From sequence record EF517078.1: a stretch of 526 bases of DNA; one strand, given 5' to 3'. The DNA is from a phage. The stretch's first letter is position 1. The number at the start of each line of letters is the position of its first letter. This document shows, piece by piece, positions 1 to 526 of this stretch. Position numbers and translations under genes: made by a program. The notes below the pieces were generated by a model. That model saw only the letters and a program-made list of their open reading frames with translations. It was not told the origin of the DNA and searched no databases.

Positions 1-1
1 G

Positions 2-238
2 GAAGGGACTCATCCGGTTAAACAGGTTGCTGGCGGTCTAGCTGGTCTGGCTGGTGGTACTGATGAAGCACAGATGGTGGTAGTACCACAAGCTGCCGCA
101 CAGATTGTTGACGTACCTGAGAAAGAGGTTTCCACTGAGGACGAAGCACAGACAGAAAGCGGACGCAAGAAAGCTCGTGCTGGCGGTAAGAAATTCTTGA
201 GTGTAACCCGTAGCTCCGGTGACGGTATCAACATTTAA
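2..238 (+). CDS. 7.3: 5'-partial CDS, C-terminal 78 aa of a small phage virion/tail-associated protein (T7 gp7.3-like); start codon lies upstream of the window
   Basis: Frame 2 is open from the window edge to TAA at 236-238. Translation: EGTHPVKQVAGGLAGLAGGTDEAQMVVVPQAAAQIVDVPEKEVSTEDEAQTESGRKKARAGGKKFLSVTRSSGDGINI*. It has a Gly/Ala-rich segment, an acidic segment and a basic C-terminus. The other + frames are closed by stops (frame 1 has TAA at 19-21 and TGA at 61-63). Assignment to T7-group gene 7.3 is from memory of the protein and its position just upstream of an HNH gene; it needs BLASTP confirmation. Confidence 0.75.
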   Translation, partial: EGTHPVKQVAGGLAGLAGGTDEAQMVVVPQAAAQIVDVPEKEVSTEDEAQTESGRKKARAGGKKFLSVTRSSGDGINI

Positions 239-240
239 TC

Positions 241-247
241 AGAAGGT
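241..247 (+). promoter_or_regulatory. Shine-Dalgarno-like ribosome binding site (AGAAGGT) for the downstream GTG-initiated ORF
   Basis: AGAAGGT at 241-247 matches the AAGGAGGT consensus over the AAGG/AGGT core and sits 4-5 nt upstream of GTG at 252-254. The spacer between the upstream stop (236-238) and this start is only 13 nt, consistent with tight phage gene packing and possible translational coupling. Confidence 0.4.
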
Positions 248-251
248 TATC

Positions 252-526
252 GTGGAAAACTGCATTGAATGGACCGGAAGTGCCAACTCTAAGGGTTATG
301 GTCGTAAGTGAGTTAATGGTAAACTTGTGACTCCACATAGGCACATCTATGAGGAAACATATGGTCCAGTTCCAACAGGAATTGTGGTGATGCATATCTG
401 CGATAACCCTAGGTGCTATAACATAAAGCACCTTACGCTTGGAACTCCAAAGGATAATTCCGAGGACATGGTTACCAAAGGTAGACAGGCTAAAAGAGAG
501 GAACTAAGCAAGAAACTTACAGAGTC
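252..526 (+). CDS. 7.7: HNH endonuclease (HNH_3 family, homing-endonuclease-like; T7 gp7.7-like), GTG start, 3'-partial, interrupted by an in-frame TGA at 309-311 (possible pseudogene or readthrough)
   Basis: Frame 3 translation from GTG 252: MENCIEWTGSANSKGYGRK*VNGKLVTPHRHIYEETYGPVPTGIVVMHICDNPRCYNIKHLTLGTPKDNSEDMVTKGRQAKREELSKKLTE, running off the window end. It carries the HNH_3 signature in order: C-x-E-W-T-G, S-K-G-Y-G-R, V-N-G-K, H-R, G-P-x-P-x-G, V-x-H-x-C-D-N-P-x-C-x-N-x-x-H-L-x-L-G-T, N-x-x-D. Frame 3 is open from 207 and contains no ATG before the motif. GTG 252 is the only candidate start with an SD; GTG 219 has none. Apart from the single TGA the frame is uninterrupted for 91 codons. 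Assignment to gene 7.7 is from memory and unverified. Confidence 0.72.

Noticed and set aside
76-88. 13-bp palindrome GTGGTA-G-TACCAC
   Set aside because: Short 6+1+6 inverted repeat inside coding sequence (codons for M-V-V-V-P). Roughly 0.1 such repeats are expected by chance in a window this size, it cannot form a stable hairpin, and there is no flanking regulatory context.
10-234. Minus-strand ORF of 74 aa from the supplied track
   Set aside because: It is exactly antisense to the + strand frame-2 ORF and its product is low-complexity (Ala/Ser/Thr/Pro/Cys-rich) with no recognisable motif. It is an antisense shadow of the Gly/Ala-rich coding region.
309-311. TGA as selenocysteine or as evidence of a reassigned genetic code (TGA=Trp)
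   Set aside because: No SECIS-like structure is evident downstream, and there is only a single in-frame TGA, so recoding cannot be tested. The upstream gene terminates with TAA, which is uninformative. A simple nonsense mutation or sequence error is more parsimonious.
323-345. Partial resemblance to a T7-type RNA polymerase promoter (TGACTCCACATAGG versus CGACTCACTATAGG)
   Set aside because: Only about 10 of 14 core positions match. The mismatches fall in the -6 to -4 region and the -17 to -13 AT-rich element is absent. It sits inside the HNH coding sequence, and no late promoter is expected here to my knowledge. Likely coincidental.
336-351. Small hairpin CATAG-N6-CTATG
   Set aside because: A 5-bp AT-rich stem with no following U-tract, located inside the ORF. 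Too weak for a terminator or RNase III site.
228-431. Minus-strand ORF of 67 aa from the supplied track
   Set aside because: It lies codon-for-codon antisense to the HNH reading frame, which carries a strong ordered domain signature on the + strand. The minus product has no recognisable features, and its span crosses the + strand gene junction.

Overview
The window reads as a compact phage-type gene junction on the + strand, with two coding regions and no RNA genes, CRISPR repeats or mobile-element termini. (1) Positions 2-238 are the 3' end of a small ORF (frame 2, TAA at 236-238) encoding a Gly/Ala-rich, then acidic, then basic tail that I recall as resembling T7-group gene 7.3 (small tail/adsorption protein). 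(2) After a 13-nt spacer with a Shine-Dalgarno-like AGAAGGT, a GTG-initiated ORF (frame 3, 252 to the window end) encodes an unmistakable HNH_3-type endonuclease domain, which I recall as resembling T7 gene 7.7. This second ORF is interrupted by an in-frame TGA at 309-311, 19 codons in, which is the most notable observation. Both identifications come from memory and motif reading, not from a database search. The two minus-strand ORFs in the supplied track are antisense shadows of these genes. I see no evidence of a novel multi-gene system in this 526-nt window; it is too short to contain one.
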